From Squalus acanthias (lineage: Eukaryota): 64,000 nucleotides of DNA. Shown piece after piece: positions 12,112-25,500 of this stretch. The DNA is taken from the NCBI GenBank assembly GCA_030390025.1, contig JASTWF010000070.1, positions 248,001 through 312,000 on the forward strand. The letters are read 5' to 3'. A program made the position numbers and the translations under genes. Position 1 is the stretch's first letter. Each line of letters opens with the position of its first letter. Under the pieces are notes generated by a model that was not told the origin of the DNA, searched no databases, and saw nothing but the letters and a program-made list of their open reading frames with translations.

Positions 12112-15100
12112 GTAAGTTACCCTCACATTCTATAATTGACATTGTTGCAATTTTTAATTTACACTCGCTTTCATTCCCGGGCGCCAGAGAAATCTCGATT
12201 CAGTGAATTTTGTTGTTGGATCTATTTATGCACAAAAAATGCGAAACTTTTCAGAATTGGAATTGTTGGAGCGCCTCGAGGTATAATACTGAGCTGAAAT
12301 GAAGTTTTACACCATTTCCTGCTCCCATTCAATAGGGGAGATGAGGAGAAGTGTTCTTTTTACGCAGCGAGTTGTTGTGATCTGGAACGCGCTGCCTGAA
12401 AGGGCGGTGGGAGCAGATTCAATAGTAACTTTCAAAAGTGAATTGGATAAATACTTTACGTTATGAATTAATGTAAACAGTAAATTGGTTTAGGAAGGCT
12501 ATAAAATCCTTGGAGAGGTTGCAGAGCAGATTACCTGTAATAGAACCAGGGATGAGCGAATTCAGTTATGTGGAGAGACTGGAGAAGCTGGGATTGATCT
12601 CCTTAGAGCAGAGAAGGTTAAGGGGAGATTTGATAGAGGTGTTTAAAATTATGTAGGGTTTGATAGAGTAAATAAGGAGAAGCTGTTTCCACTTGCAGGA
12701 GGGTCGGTAACCAGAGGACACAGATTTAAGATAATTGGCAAACACTGGAGGGGAGAGGAGAAGAATATTCTTTGCCCAGCGAGTTGTTGTGATCTGGAAC
12801 GCACTGCCTGTAAGGGCGGTGGAAGCAGATTCAATAGTAACTTTCAAAAGGGAATTGGATAAATACTTGAAAAGGATTAATGCATGGCCACGGGAAAAGA
12901 GGAGTGGGAGTAACTCCTCGATCAGATCGCCCCTGAATCTTCGAAAGTCAAGGGAATACAAGCCACGTTTATGCAACCCGTCCACGTAATTTAACCCGCC
13001 AAGCCCCGGTATCATTCGGGTGCAGAAAGAGACATAGATAGAGAAAGAGCGAGAGGAAAGTTGTGAGCGACACTGTGAAGTTCTGGTAGTGGACACTGAA
13101 TATGTCACTATGTTACATTGAGACTTGAAGGGGAGAAAATTGCAGGGCTATGGGGAAAGAGCAGGGGAGGGGACTAATTGGAGAGCTCTTTCAAAGAGAC
13201 GGCTCAAGCACGATGGGCCCAATGGCCTCCTTCTGTCCTGTGTGATTCTTTGCAATCCCTTACTTATTCCCTTAGTGTATGTAGAATTATTCCTATTGTC
13301 CAGAGTCGGCACCGCCCGATTTTAAAAAGATTACCCGGAGCCGGCGGGAGAGACCCCGTGGAATCCCAACCCATTTACCGTCAATTGCAACTTTCAAAGT
13401 TGCTGCTGGTTTTATTCCTGTGGCGTATTGTCCCCCTGACCGCAGCCGTCGGGTGTCCGGCTCTGGGCTGGGAGAGAGAGAGGACCCTCCCGAGACCCGC
13501 TGTCCCAGCACAGAACCGGTTGGATCGACTCCCTGTCGCCAGCAACACCGGGACTAGTCGGGATTGTATTCGTTTGACGGGACCGCTTTTATTCTGAATT
13601 TCGTGCTGCGGTATTTAAACTGTCTGAGCTCATTATTCGCAATCTCCTCGCTATTTATAGAGCAGAACCGCCGCATTACCATGGAGCGGCGCAGTGACAA
13701 TTACTGACCAGCCCCGTGTGTATGATTGAGACTGGGTGATGCTTGTTGAAGGGAATTTTCTCTCCATCTCATTCTCTCGCTGCTGACCCTCTCCCCTCCC
13801 CCAGGCTGTGTCTGCTGACTCTCCCTGTGCAGTGTCCCCCCGGAGATAGCGCCGATTCTCCTGGGTTGATCTGTCGGGTCCCGCTACCGCCCAGTGTTGA
13901 ACGGATCACTCCGGGACCAGCGAGACTGACCTGATCCCGAGAGAGAAATCAGTTTATACGCGCGGGGAGGAATCCTTACTTGCCTCTGTAGCGAGAATCT
14001 TTTACAATCCTTGTTCCCCATTTCACTGGAAATATCAAACAGTGAAAACCCTTCATCAAAGAGAAGGCTGAGGGGTGACCGAATAGAGCTTTTTAAAATG
14101 ATGAAAGGTTTTGATGGAGTAGTTGCAGAGAGAATCTTTCCACTTGTGGGGAAGAGGATAACTAGAAACCATCAATATAAGATAGTCACCAAGAAATCCA
14201 ATGGGGAATTCAGGGGAAACTTCTTTACCCAGAGAGTGGGGAGACTGTGGAACTCGCTACCACAGGGAGAGGTTGAGGCGAATAGTATAGATGCATTTAA
14301 GGAGAGGCTAGATAAGCGCATGAGGGAGAAGGGAATAGAGGGTTATGCTGATAGAGTTAGATGAGGAAGCATGGGAGGAGGCTCGAGTGGAGAATAAACG
14401 CCGGCATGGACTGGTTGGGCCGAATGGCCTGATTCTGTGCTGTATATTCTGTGTAATTCTGTGTAAACCATTTACAATATTGTTAGGCAGAGTCCCTACA
14501 TTAATTCCCAGCCCGTGTACAATGTCCTCTCTTTATTCAGTGAGCTCTCAAATACCCGGTAACAGTCTCGGCTTAATTATCATCGCCGCTACATTTAAGC
14601 CGATCAGTTTCTAACTCGCAATTCTAAAAAAAATACGAATTGTTAAAAAAACTTCCGAATCCTATACAATGATATAAGGAGGTCACTCGGCCCATCGTGC
14701 CTGTGGCGGCTCTTTGAAAGGGCTGCATTAGTTTGAGATATCAGAACATAATGTGGACTCTCGGTGAAAAGCCGATTACAGCTCCGTGATTTCATCTCTT
14801 TAAAGTTAACACTGACCGCATTTTAAGACAATCAAACGCTTTATTATTTTCAAGTAAAAAGGGAAAAAACTGCAATTGTAGGAAATTAAATAAAAACTGA
14901 AAATACTGGGAATACACGGCCGGTCTGTTATTTTCTGTAACGGGAACAGTCAGGTTAGTGCGGTTCCGGGGGTGTAACCTACACCTGAACTGGTCAGTTA
15001 CTGATCTTTCCGCCACTCACATCCTGACTGACCCGGTCTGTATTTCTGCATTTTCTGTGCTATTTTACAAGAAAGAAAGGGAGACTTGTCTTTCTCCAGC

Positions 15101-15369
15101 GCCTTTCACGACCTCAGGACGCCCCAAGGCGCTTTACAACCAATGAAATACAGTTGAACCAAGTCACTGTTGTAATGTAGGCAAAAGAATTGGCAGAGGA
15201 GCAGAGGAATTAGAGATTTAAGAATTTATTGGATCTCCTGTATTAATCAGTAATTTATTTTAAAGTGAATGTTGTTCGGGGTTCTTTGGCATCTTTGATT
15301 TCAGATCAGAGCGTCCCACTGCTGACGGATTCCAAAAACGAATTAATTTTCTCTCCCCCCCACACACAG

Positions 15370-15698
15370 GCAGCGAGGATCGAAGCCCCTCGGTTCTTCT
15401 CCTCCCTCCCTCCTCGGAAGAAATCGGCTCGGGCACGGCCACTCTGTCCTGCCTGGTGAGTCGCTTTAAGCCGGGCTTGGTGCGGCTCCGCTGGAGCGTG
15501 GATGGCCAAGAGACAGACAGCGGGGTGACGACAGGCGCCGTGTCCCCGGACAGCGATCAAACCTACAGCCTGAGCAGTTACCTGAGAGTCCCCGCCGCCG
15601 CCTGGAACAAGGGCTCCAGCTATTCCTGCAGCGTCAGCCACGGCTCCCTGAGCTCGCCTCTTCTCAAGACCATCAGCGCCTCCACGTGCTCCGACTGA
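15370..15698 (+). CDS. IgL copy 1 constant exon (intact, but the gene is disabled by the V frameshift)
   Basis: 329-nt exon nearly identical to copy 0, ending KTISASTCSD*. Confidence 0.9.
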
Positions 15699-17480
15699 GG
15701 CGGTGCAAGTTGTCGGCGGAGTTTGATTTTTGCTCGTGTTTAATATAATTAAACAGATCATTCAATGTGTGCAATCCACGTTTTTTGTAATGTAATCGCT
15801 GTAACAATTTCAGTTTTTGGCAAACAATCCGAATGTTTAATAACTGAAGTGACTGAAATGATTGTCCAGCTTTGTGAGATGGAACTTTCTGTACAACTGT
15901 CCCCAGTATCTTGTGTGTCAACTTTCGCTGTGTGTAGAATGGGGACAGATTTCTCTTTAGTCTGTGATCATATTGTGATTGGGAACTTGTGTAACACAGC
16001 TCTTAATAAACATGAAATGCTGCCACGAGCTTAAAGTGGTCCGTCTTTAATCAGCACTTAAAGGGACATTGAGTGGATGACATAGAATGTACAGCACAAA
16101 CAGGACTTCCAGCCCAACTGGACCATGCCTGTGTCTATACTCCGCTCGAGCCTCCTGCCAGCTTCCTCATCTAACACTATCAGCATAAGCCTCTATTCCG
16201 TTCTCCTTCATGTGTTTATCAAGCTTCCCCTTAAATGCATCGATACTATTCGCCTCAGCTATTCCCTGTGGTAGCGAGTTCCACATTCTCACCACTCTCT
16301 GGGTAAAGAAGTTTCTCCTGAATTCCACATTGGATTTATTAGTGACTGTATTATATTTATTGGCCCCTAGTTCTGGTCTTCCCCCACAAGTGATACATCT
16401 TCTCTGTGTCTACCCTATCAAAACCTTTCATAATTTTAAAGACCTCTATCAGGTCACCCCTCAGCCTTCTCTTTTCCAGAGAAAAGAGCTCAGGCCTGTT
16501 CTATCTTTCCTGAAAGATATATCCTCTCAGTTGTGTTTCATCCTTGTAAATATTTTATTATGGCTTCTCTGGTGCCAGATTCGGGGGGCACAGAGAGCTC
16601 GGGGTAGATAGTGATGAATGGGGTTACAGAGATAGGGAGAGGCGAAGCCATGAACGGATTTGAACAAGGGGATGACAATTTTAAACGGGGGGCCTTGGGG
16701 GATGAGGAGTCCCTGCAGTTCAGCAAGACCGTAGATGGTGAGTGAGTGGGACTTGTGGGGGATGGGCTACGGGCGGAAAAGTTCTGGATCAGCTCAAGAT
16801 TACCAATTGTCTTAGGTAGGGCTGCCGCGAGCATTGGACAAGTCACGTTAGGAGGTAACAAAGGCTTGGATGAGGGTTTAACGGCAGGTGGACTGAGTTA
16901 GCGGGGATGGCAGGAAAGGTTATCTAGTTGAAAGTAGGCGGCCTTTGAGACGGACAAGTCATAGGCCGGGGAACTCAGATATGGGTGCAATAGGTCCCTG
17001 AGATTGCGAACAGTCTGGGTCGATTGAGACCGGGAAGGGGGCGAATCAATGGGCGAGGGTGGCGAGTCTGTGGCGAGAGAAGGAGTGCTTTCCTGGGGAA
17101 AAGATTCCCTAGTATAAAGTTCCAAAACTCGACATGGAGAGCACATTCAGGTACAGGTGACCAGCTCTGCCACCTCGCTTTCAGATGTTGTCAGCTTCAG
17201 CCAGATGTGATCTGGAGCCAGCAGAGAGGGGTCATCCTGGCATTTCCCAGCTACACACGGTTTGGCGCTATTTTAATTCAGTCTGGGGGTGAGCTCAGTA
17301 TAGGCGTTACTAATCGGTACCCCGACCCACCTCACCCCTCCCGCCGGTACATGTACAGTTATGGTCAGTGCGATAATCTGCATGAGAGACGGTAACAGTG
17401 CTACATAAGCGACTGCCTCAGAATCAACACAACCCATAGTTCAGGCCGAGAAACGTGCATCTTATTTTCCCAGTTAGGAT

Positions 17481-17650
17481 CACAGGAACAGGAGGAGGCC
17501 ATTCAGCCCCTGGAGCCTGTTACACAGGAACAGGAGGAGGCCATTCAGTCCGTGGAGCCTGTTACACAGGAACAGGAGGAGGCCATTCAGCCCCTGGAGC
17601 CTATTACACAGGAACAGGAGGAGGCCATTCAGCCCCTCGAGCCTGTTCCG
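17481..17650. repeat. About 4 tandem copies of a 42-nt unit derived from a CR1 3' end
   Basis: Unit acacaggaacaggaggaggccattcagcccctggagcctgtt, continuing into a CR1 3' fragment on the - strand to about 18030. Confidence 0.85.
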
Positions 17651-20042
17651 CCATTCAGTTAGATCATGGCTGATCTGTATCTTAATTCCATCTACCTGTC
17701 TTGGTTCCATAACCCTTAATACCCTTTCCCAACAAAAATCTATCTCTCTCAGTTTTGCTATTTTCAATTGACCCCCAGCCTCAACAGCTTTTTGTGCGAG
17801 AGAGTTCCCGATTTCCTTTGTGTGAAGAAGTGCTTCCTGGCATCACCCCTGAACGGCCTGGCTCTAATTTTAAGTTGATGCCTCCTTGTGCTAGACTCCC
17901 CCCGCGCCCCCCCCACCAGATGAAATAGTTTATCTCTCTCTACCCTATCGAATCCTTTAATCATCTTAAGCACCTCAATTAGATCGCCCCTTAATCTTCT
18001 ATATTCAAGGGGATTCTAGCCTAGTCTGTGCAAATCTCACCCTTTTTGGCCGCAGTAGCGTTTGGTTTGGTCTCTTGTGCCGTTTAGTGTATTTGCTTCC
18101 ATATGCTCAACAGTGAGTGATTTTACTCCAATCTCTCCAGATTTCGCTAGTCTTTAATGCTAATTCCAGCTCCTGAAGGTTTTTGACTCTACTCTGAAGC
18201 TGGCCGAGGGCTGGGATATCTCCCACGTGTTATGGGGCGCTTCTGTACTCAAAAGTTAGGCAGACTACGAATCAGTTTCCATCTCGCAGTAACGTGTAAT
18301 ACTAATCGGGAATTCTGGCCCAACCAGACCCCTGAGAGGAGTGCTGTGTTGCCGGACCGGGAGCCAATGTAGGTCAGCGAGCACAGGGGGTGATAGGTGA
18401 ATGGGACTTGGTGCGAGTTAGGATACAGGCCAGCAGAGTTTACACCCCTGATTATTCTCCTTTACAGAGACTGGGATACCAGCATCCCAGAACCAAATTT
18501 ACTCCGAACGACCGCTCTACCACTACGGGCTCCACTGATGTCCTGAATTGATTGTGCATTGTGGGTATCATTGTCCATTGAACATTGCAATTTTTCTGGG
18601 AGTCACAGGAAGGAAGTGATCCTCACTCTGCTTCCAAACCTCAGCTCTGAAGTGTGAAAAGGAGTCGCCAGGGGGTGACAGAGAAACGCCATCAGACACT
18701 CACCCTTATCACATGTTGCCTCCAGGGGGCGTTTGGTTAAATGAACGACCCCATTCAGATTTAAGTTTCAGCTATATAAAAATTGAATCATTAATCTATT
18801 TTGAGACTAATTGACTGGAAATAATTATTGAGTTGTTGGGATGTCAGAGCGATAAAATGAATGTTGTTTCGCATTGTTATTATGAAATATTCAAGTACTT
18901 TGATGCTGGGAGTTTGTGGATCACAGCGTGGTACACAAGAACAGAAGAAATTGGAGCAGGAGTAGACCATTCCGCCCTTTGAGCCTGCTCCGCCATTCAA
19001 TAAGATCATGGCTAATCTTCGACCTCATCTGCACTTTCCTGAACTATCCCCATATCCCTTGATTCCCTTAATAGTCACAAATTTGTCGTTCTCTATCTTG
19101 AATATACGCAACGACCGAGCCTCTACAGCCCTCTGGGGTAGAGAATTCCAAAGATTCACCACCCACTGAGTGAAGAAATTTCACCTCATCTCAGTTCTAA
19201 ATGGCCGACCCCTTATTCTGAGACTGTGACCCCTGGTTCTAGATTCCCCAGCCAAGAGGTATACACTCTTACTGCTATTTTCTGGCATAAGCTGTTATTT
19301 TAAAAAGTATATTATTCAGATGTAAAGGTTTATCAATCAGTTACCTAAAACATGGCCATTAGATTTTACAGTGAATTATGCTGCGAGTTAATCTTATTTA
19401 CCTGGATTCACTCCTGTGAATAATTGGTTACCTGGATAATTCTGGGAATTAAGAAATGTGGATTGTAGACAGCACCCAGTTGAACTCCGTTTATTCAGTC
19501 TCTATTAATTGTCCATCCCTGTTTATAGGTTATAACTATCAGGCAAGATTGAACAGGCTGGGGTTCTTTTCTCTAGAAAGGAGAAGTCTGAAGGGTGAGC
19601 TGACAGAGGACTTTAAGATTATGAAAGGGTTTGATAGGGTAGACATATAGGAGATTTTCCACTTCTGGGGGAGATCAGAACTAGGGGCTATCAATATAAG
19701 ATAGTCACTAAAAAATCCAATAGGGAATTGAGGAGAAACTTTTTTTTACACAGTGTGGTTAGAATGTGCAACTCGCTACCACAGGGAGTGGTTGAGGCAA
19801 ATAGCATAGATGCATTTAAGGAGAAGTTAGATAAACACGTGAGGCAGAAAGCAATAGAAGGATATGGTGATCGGGTGAGATGAAAAGGGATGGGAGGAGG
19901 CTCGTGTGAATCATAAACACCGGCATGGACATGTTGGGCCGAATGGCCTGTTTCTGTGCTGCACATTCTCTGTAATTCGATGTAGTGAAGGGATTGCAGT
20001 GAAAGAGTCTTTTGCACATCTCTCACTCTTTCCTGGCTTTCT

Positions 20043-20300
20043 CTACAGTTTTCCCCGACACGCTCTTCTCCATATTTTAGCTGGAGAAGTCTAGTGGAAC
20101 AGCACAAAGTACAGACAGCGCCGCTGCTCCAAGTTTGCACCGAGACACTGATGTGACTTCTGTTGCTGTAGGTCCCGTCCGGGTCTATTGTACCGGGAAT
20201 CGGTGCGTCGCTCTGTAACCCCGTCTGGAAACATCCCAGAAAATAGCATTCCGGTTCGAGGAAGCACCACTGACCCTACACGGTAAGGAGACTGTCCTTC
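20043..20300 (-). pseudogene. Frameshifted C1 exon relic of the gene A/B receptor family
   Basis: The - strand reads RTVSLPCRVSGASSNRNAIFWDVS / VTERRTDS / GTIDPDGTYSNRSHISVSVQTWSSGAVCT across frameshifts, homologous to the C1 exons of genes A and B. Confidence 0.85.
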
Positions 20301-21069
20301 TAATAAACTTTGAATTTGCAGGAATGGGTTTTTTGTTACTTTCGTGCCGACTCCGTACAGGTTTGATACAAAGATTAAAGTCCATGAACATCGGAACAGG
20401 AGGAGGCCATTCAGCCCCTGGAGCCTGTCACACACTCAATTAGATTATGGCTGATCTGTATCTTAGCTCCATCTACCCGCCTTGGTTCTGTGACCCTTAA
20501 TACCCTCACCCAACAAAAATCTATCGATCTCAGTTTTGAAATTTGCAATTGATCCCTAGCCTCGACAGCTTTTTGGGGGAGAGAGTTCCAGATTTTCACT
20601 ACCCTTTGTGTGAAGAAGTGCTTCCTGAACGGCCTGGCTCTAATTTAATTAACAAACTGTCCATTCGTTGTAAATATATGGAACCTGAATACACAAACCC
20701 TCTTGCTGCTCATTTTGCATGTACAGAATTCAAAGGGAGTGAACCTTCCCCGCATTTACTGCCATTACACGGAACTCCGATGGACAAAAGTCTTCTATAT
20801 TGATTGCTTTTGAATGCAACAGGAAAACCTATCAGTTAATTCTCATTTTGCATAATTCCAGGGGCCGAAACCCTTTCCCATTCATCCCATTAGAAGGATG
20901 ATGATCACCAACTACCTATGTGCAAAATACCAAAGGGTCAAACCTCATTTTTGTTTGATACACCAAATGTAATGTAGGCAACTTTGATGCAATCTTTATC
21001 AAAGTTAAGGTATTCTATATTAATGCAGTGTTTGATTGCTCAGACACAGTATCTGACACAACATGAATG

Positions 21070-21790
21070 TGTTGCAAAACATTGAATGCAATCAAACTCC
21101 CACAAACAGCAGTGTAATAATCATCAGGACATCTCATTTACTGATGTTGACTGAGGTATAAATATTGGCCCAGGACACCGAGGAGAACTACCCCTGCTCT
21201 TCTTCAAATAGTGGCCCTGGGATCTTTCACAGCCACCTGAGAGAGCAGACGGGGCCTCGGCTTAACGTTGCGTCCGAAAGTCGGCCCCTCCAACAGTGCA
21301 GCGCTCCCTCAGTACTGCTCCTCCGACAGTTCGGCGCTCCCTCAGTACTGCTCTTCCAACAGTGCGGCGCTCCCTCAGTACTGCCCCTCCAACAGTGCAG
21401 CGCTCTCTCAATACTGCCCCTCTGACAGTGCGGCGCTCCCTCAGTACTGCCCCTCCGATGGTGCGGCGCTCTCTCAGGACTGACGCTCAGACAGTGCGGC
21501 ACTCCCTCAGTACTGCCTCTCTGACAGTGCGGCGCTCCCTCAGTACAGCCCCTCCGACAGTGCGGCGCTCCCTCAGTACTGACCCTCCGAGAGTGCAGCG
21601 CTCCCTCAGTCCTGCCCCTCCGACAGTGCGGCGCTCACTCAGTACTGCCCCTCCGACAGTGCGGTGCTTCCTCAGTACCGCACTGGGAGTGTCGGTCTGG
21701 ATTATGGGCTCAAGTCGCTGGAGTGGGACCTGAACAAATCCCTGACCTTCTGCCTCAGAGCGAGAGTGCTACCCACTGAGCCACGGCTGA
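21070..21790 (-). mobile_element. tRNA-derived SINE containing an internal 33-nt tandem array (about 12 units, about 21288-21680)
   Basis: Unit ctccgacagtgcggcgctccctcagtactgccc. A similar array of about 4 units lies in the SINE at about 39660-40205. Confidence 0.8.
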
Positions 21791-22488
21791 CACAGAATGA
21801 GTAACAGGATCAAATCCTGCAACAAAGAGACAGGCAGCATTCAGATACTGGGTGAAACAGTTATAGAAAGAAAGACTGTCACCTCATATAGCACGTCCCA
21901 ATACTGGCACTGGCGTGTCGGCATAGATTTTTGTGCTCAAGTCTCTGGAGTGGAACTCTGAACCCACGACCTTCTGACTCGGAGGCGAGAGTGCTGCCCA
22001 CTGAGCCGCGGCTGGTATAATAACAGATGATTGCACCTTTCTTCAATCTGGTCTATTTTTGTTGGTACAAGTAAGGGTGTATGAATGAATGGGTTCTGGA
22101 CCAATAAAAAGCAACACTCGGAATAGGATCATGCCCTCGCGCCCACACGAATGACACAAGCAGTCCGGTGTGTGCAATTCAGCACTGCGTGCCTTCAGTT
22201 CATTGTTTAATCAGCCTGCACTGCACGCCGCCTTTCACGCCTGTTTAACACGAGCTGGAATGCATTGCCCTTTGCAGGCAGACCTGTGCGTGGGCGTTTA
22301 ATGTGTCAACAGGAAACCGCAGCGAGCCTTGCCATTGCGCTGTATTTTCCAGCCTGCTATTTTTAAAACGCAAGCACGCAATTTCCGCAGCTCTGCCTTT
22401 CACATCTCTTGCGAGCCGGGCCCAGCGCAAAGACATCCCAGCAAAGTGTTCAGTGTGCAGCTCACAGCAAGCACCTCGGTCGCCGACA

Positions 22489-22531
22489 ATGAGCTTCTTA
22501 ACTCCCTGCGCGCTGTTCCATCTCTTTCCAG
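22489..22531 (+). CDS. Gene A leader exon
   Basis: MSFLTPCALFHLFP(V), donor CAG|gtcagt, phase 1. Confidence 0.7.
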
Positions 22532-25500
22532 GTCAGTCTTATGTGCTTCTAATACATGGCGGAATTCAAGCGTAAGATCATTGAGCTGGTCAGACAAGTA
22601 GAAGATAGCGCGCTGTATTCTCTAATATTATTGTCATGTTGAAGGACTGGATTATCTCAGGCGAATGAAATTAGACCAAATGTCAATATTTTCCATCTAT
22701 TGGATGTCCCGTCTGCCCTCTCAGGTGGAGCGAAAAGATCCCACGGCCACTATTGGAAGGAGAGCTGGGGAGTTCTCCTCGGTATCCTGGGGCCAATATT
22801 ATATTCCTCAATCAACATCACAGATTACCTGGTCATTACCATATTGCTGTTTGTGGGAGCTTGCTGTGCGCAATTTGGTTGCCGCGTTTCCTACATTACA
22901 ACAGTGACTACACTGCAAAAGGTAATTCATTAGCTGTAAAGATCGTACTTCCTTTCTTGCTTCCTTTCATTCCTTCTCCTGTTATAGACTCAATTTTAAC
23001 CCCCATCATTTGAGTCATTTAGATATTAGTATCCACGTTCATTAATGATCGGATGGTCCTATTCACAGTTTACTGCCGTACCCGTTTCTTTTTAGGAAGC
23101 GGTGTTTATTTCTGCCGTGTATCAGACCCTCTTGTGAACATGTTCTTCTCTCAGTTATTGTCTGTCAGGAAGTTTTCCGCCAGAATCCTCCGGTTCAGTC
23201 TGTCTCCGTTGGAAGTATCTTTAAGGTGGATTGTCACACGGGTTGGTTAGCAGTAGAAGCTGTGCACTGGTACAAGCGGCAGCACCGAGAGCATCTACAG
23301 CTAGTTTACACCGTGGGAAAGTACATGCCTCCTGAAGGAAGATTTTCCGGAGAAGTTAACAACGAATCCAGTATTTACTCTCTGATTGTGAAAGATGTCC
23401 AGAGGAATGATTCGGGGGTGTATTACTGCGCAGCTAAGAAATATAGCCTAATGCCCTTGATATTCGGAAACGGCTCGAAATTGCTCATTGCAGGTAAGAA
23501 TTGCGATTGTTTTACTCATTTCATCATAAATAACGACCAATTTACGTCGCATATTAATGGTATCTTAACCCCCCAAACTCGCCAGGGTCTCCGGAAATCT
23601 TTCTCTTAGCTCCGCCGCCGGATGAAATTCCCTCGCTGGAAAGGGTCCCATTGATGTGTTTGGTGAAAAGCATGTCTCCCGGTTCCCTTCCCGTTCGCCG
23701 GAATGTTTCCGGACAGGTTACCGAGGAACCGAGCGATTCTGGGACAATAGACCCGGACGGGACCTACACTGTAAGGAGTCACATCAGCGTCTCGGCGGAA
23801 ACTTGGAGCAGCGGCGCTGTCTGTACTTGCGCCGTTCCAATCAACTCCACTGGGGATCTGATCAGTGAAAGTGTCTCATCTCAGAGAGGTAACTATTGGC
23901 AGTGACACTTTACTAATATCTTCCGTGCTGATGTAAGAGTTAATTGTTCGCAATATCACTTTATACATTCAAAGTCTCTCCCTTTCTGCGTGTCCATGTA
24001 GAATTACCCAATCATTTACATCTCTCAATGTTGCAGTGTTGAGCTTTCTGAATTATAAAGTCCATCTGTCTAGCTAGGCCATACGTATATGGTGGGAGAG
24101 AAGGAATCTGTCTGAGCTGTCCATGCGTAAAATTGGAAAATATAATTGCCATTTCCAGTTTATCACTTTCTCTCTCGATGCCTGTATGTAGGTATCTGTA
24201 TTACACAGTATGTACAGCACAGCGACAGGCCATTCGGCCCAACAGGTCCGTGCCGGTGTTTATGCTCCACACGAGTGCCCTCCCATCCCACTTCATTATA
24301 AACCCATCAATATCCATCTATTCATTTCTCCCTCATGTATTTATCCAGCTTCCCCTTAAATGCATCTGTGCTATTCGTCTCAACCACTGTCTGTGGTAGC
24401 GAGTTCCACATTCTCACCGCTCTCTGGGTAAAGAAGTTTCTCCTGAATTCCCAATTGGTTTTAATAGTAACTATCTTTTATTTGTGGCGCCGAGTTCTGA
24501 TCCCAAGCGCCCCCACCCCCCACCACAAATGGAACGATCTTCTCTACGTCGACCCTATCAAAGGTTTTGACAGAGTAGATAGCGAGAGAATGTTTCCACT
24601 TGTGGGGTAGAGCATAACTAGAGGCCATCAATATAAGATAGTCACCAAGAAATTCATTAGGGAATTCAGGACAAAACTTTTTACCCGGAGAGTGGTGAGA
24701 ATGTGGAACTCGCTACCACAGGGAGTGGTTGAAGCGAATAGTATAGATGCATTTGAAGGGGGAGGCTGGACAAGCATGTGAGGGAGTCGGGAATAGAGGG
24801 ATAAGCTGATTGATTTAGATGAGGAAAGACGGGAGGAGGCTCGAGTGGAGCATAAACGCTGGAATGGATTGGTTGGGCCGAATGGCCTGTTTCTGTGCCG
24901 TATATCCTATGTAATCCTATGTAAACCCTTTCATAATCTAAAGTCCTCTATCAGGTCACCTCTCAGTCTTCACTTTTGTCGAGAAAGGAGCCCAGCCTGT
25001 TCAATCTTTCCTGATAGGCATAACGTCTCAATTCTGGTATCATCCTAGTAAATCTTTTTGTATCTTCTCCAGTGTCTCTATATCCTTTTTATAATATGGA
25101 ACCCAGAAATGTTCTCAGTATTCCAAGTGTGGTCCAACCAAGGTTCTACAGAAATCTAACATAACTTCTCTGCTTTTCAATTCTATCCCTCTAGAAATGA
25201 ACCCCAGTTCTTGGTTTGCTTTTATGGCCTTATTAACCTGCGTCGCTACTTTTAGTGATTTGTGTATCTGTACCTCCAGATCCCACTGCTCCTCTGCTCC
25301 ATTTAGACACTTATTTTCCAAGGAGTATGTGACCTCCTTATTCTTCCGACCCAAACGGTTTCTGTCTAACGTTTCATCTAAGAGAGGAGAAAGGTGTCAC
25401 TTGGGCTACCATATATCAGATGAGTTGCGGACAAACACTTAGAATCCGTAATTTGAACTGACTGTGGTGAGCATTTAAAAATGGCTGGGCTAGTTAAGGA

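Noticed and set aside
11529-12206. 225-aa ORF that looks like an intact single-exon V gene
   Set aside because: It reads through the L-V intron and joins the V frame only because of the 2-nt deletion. It lacks the first V cysteine.
20690-20830. - strand IGVPCNGSKC, loosely similar to IDIPSCNRTDC of V-B
   Set aside because: No WYxQ or YYC could be found around it. Too weak to call a V relic without a profile search.
21288-21680. 33-nt direct repeats resembling a CRISPR array or a repeat-protein ORF
   Set aside because: There are no unique spacers, the context is eukaryotic, and the unit is part of a SINE. The ORFs result from a unit length divisible by 3.
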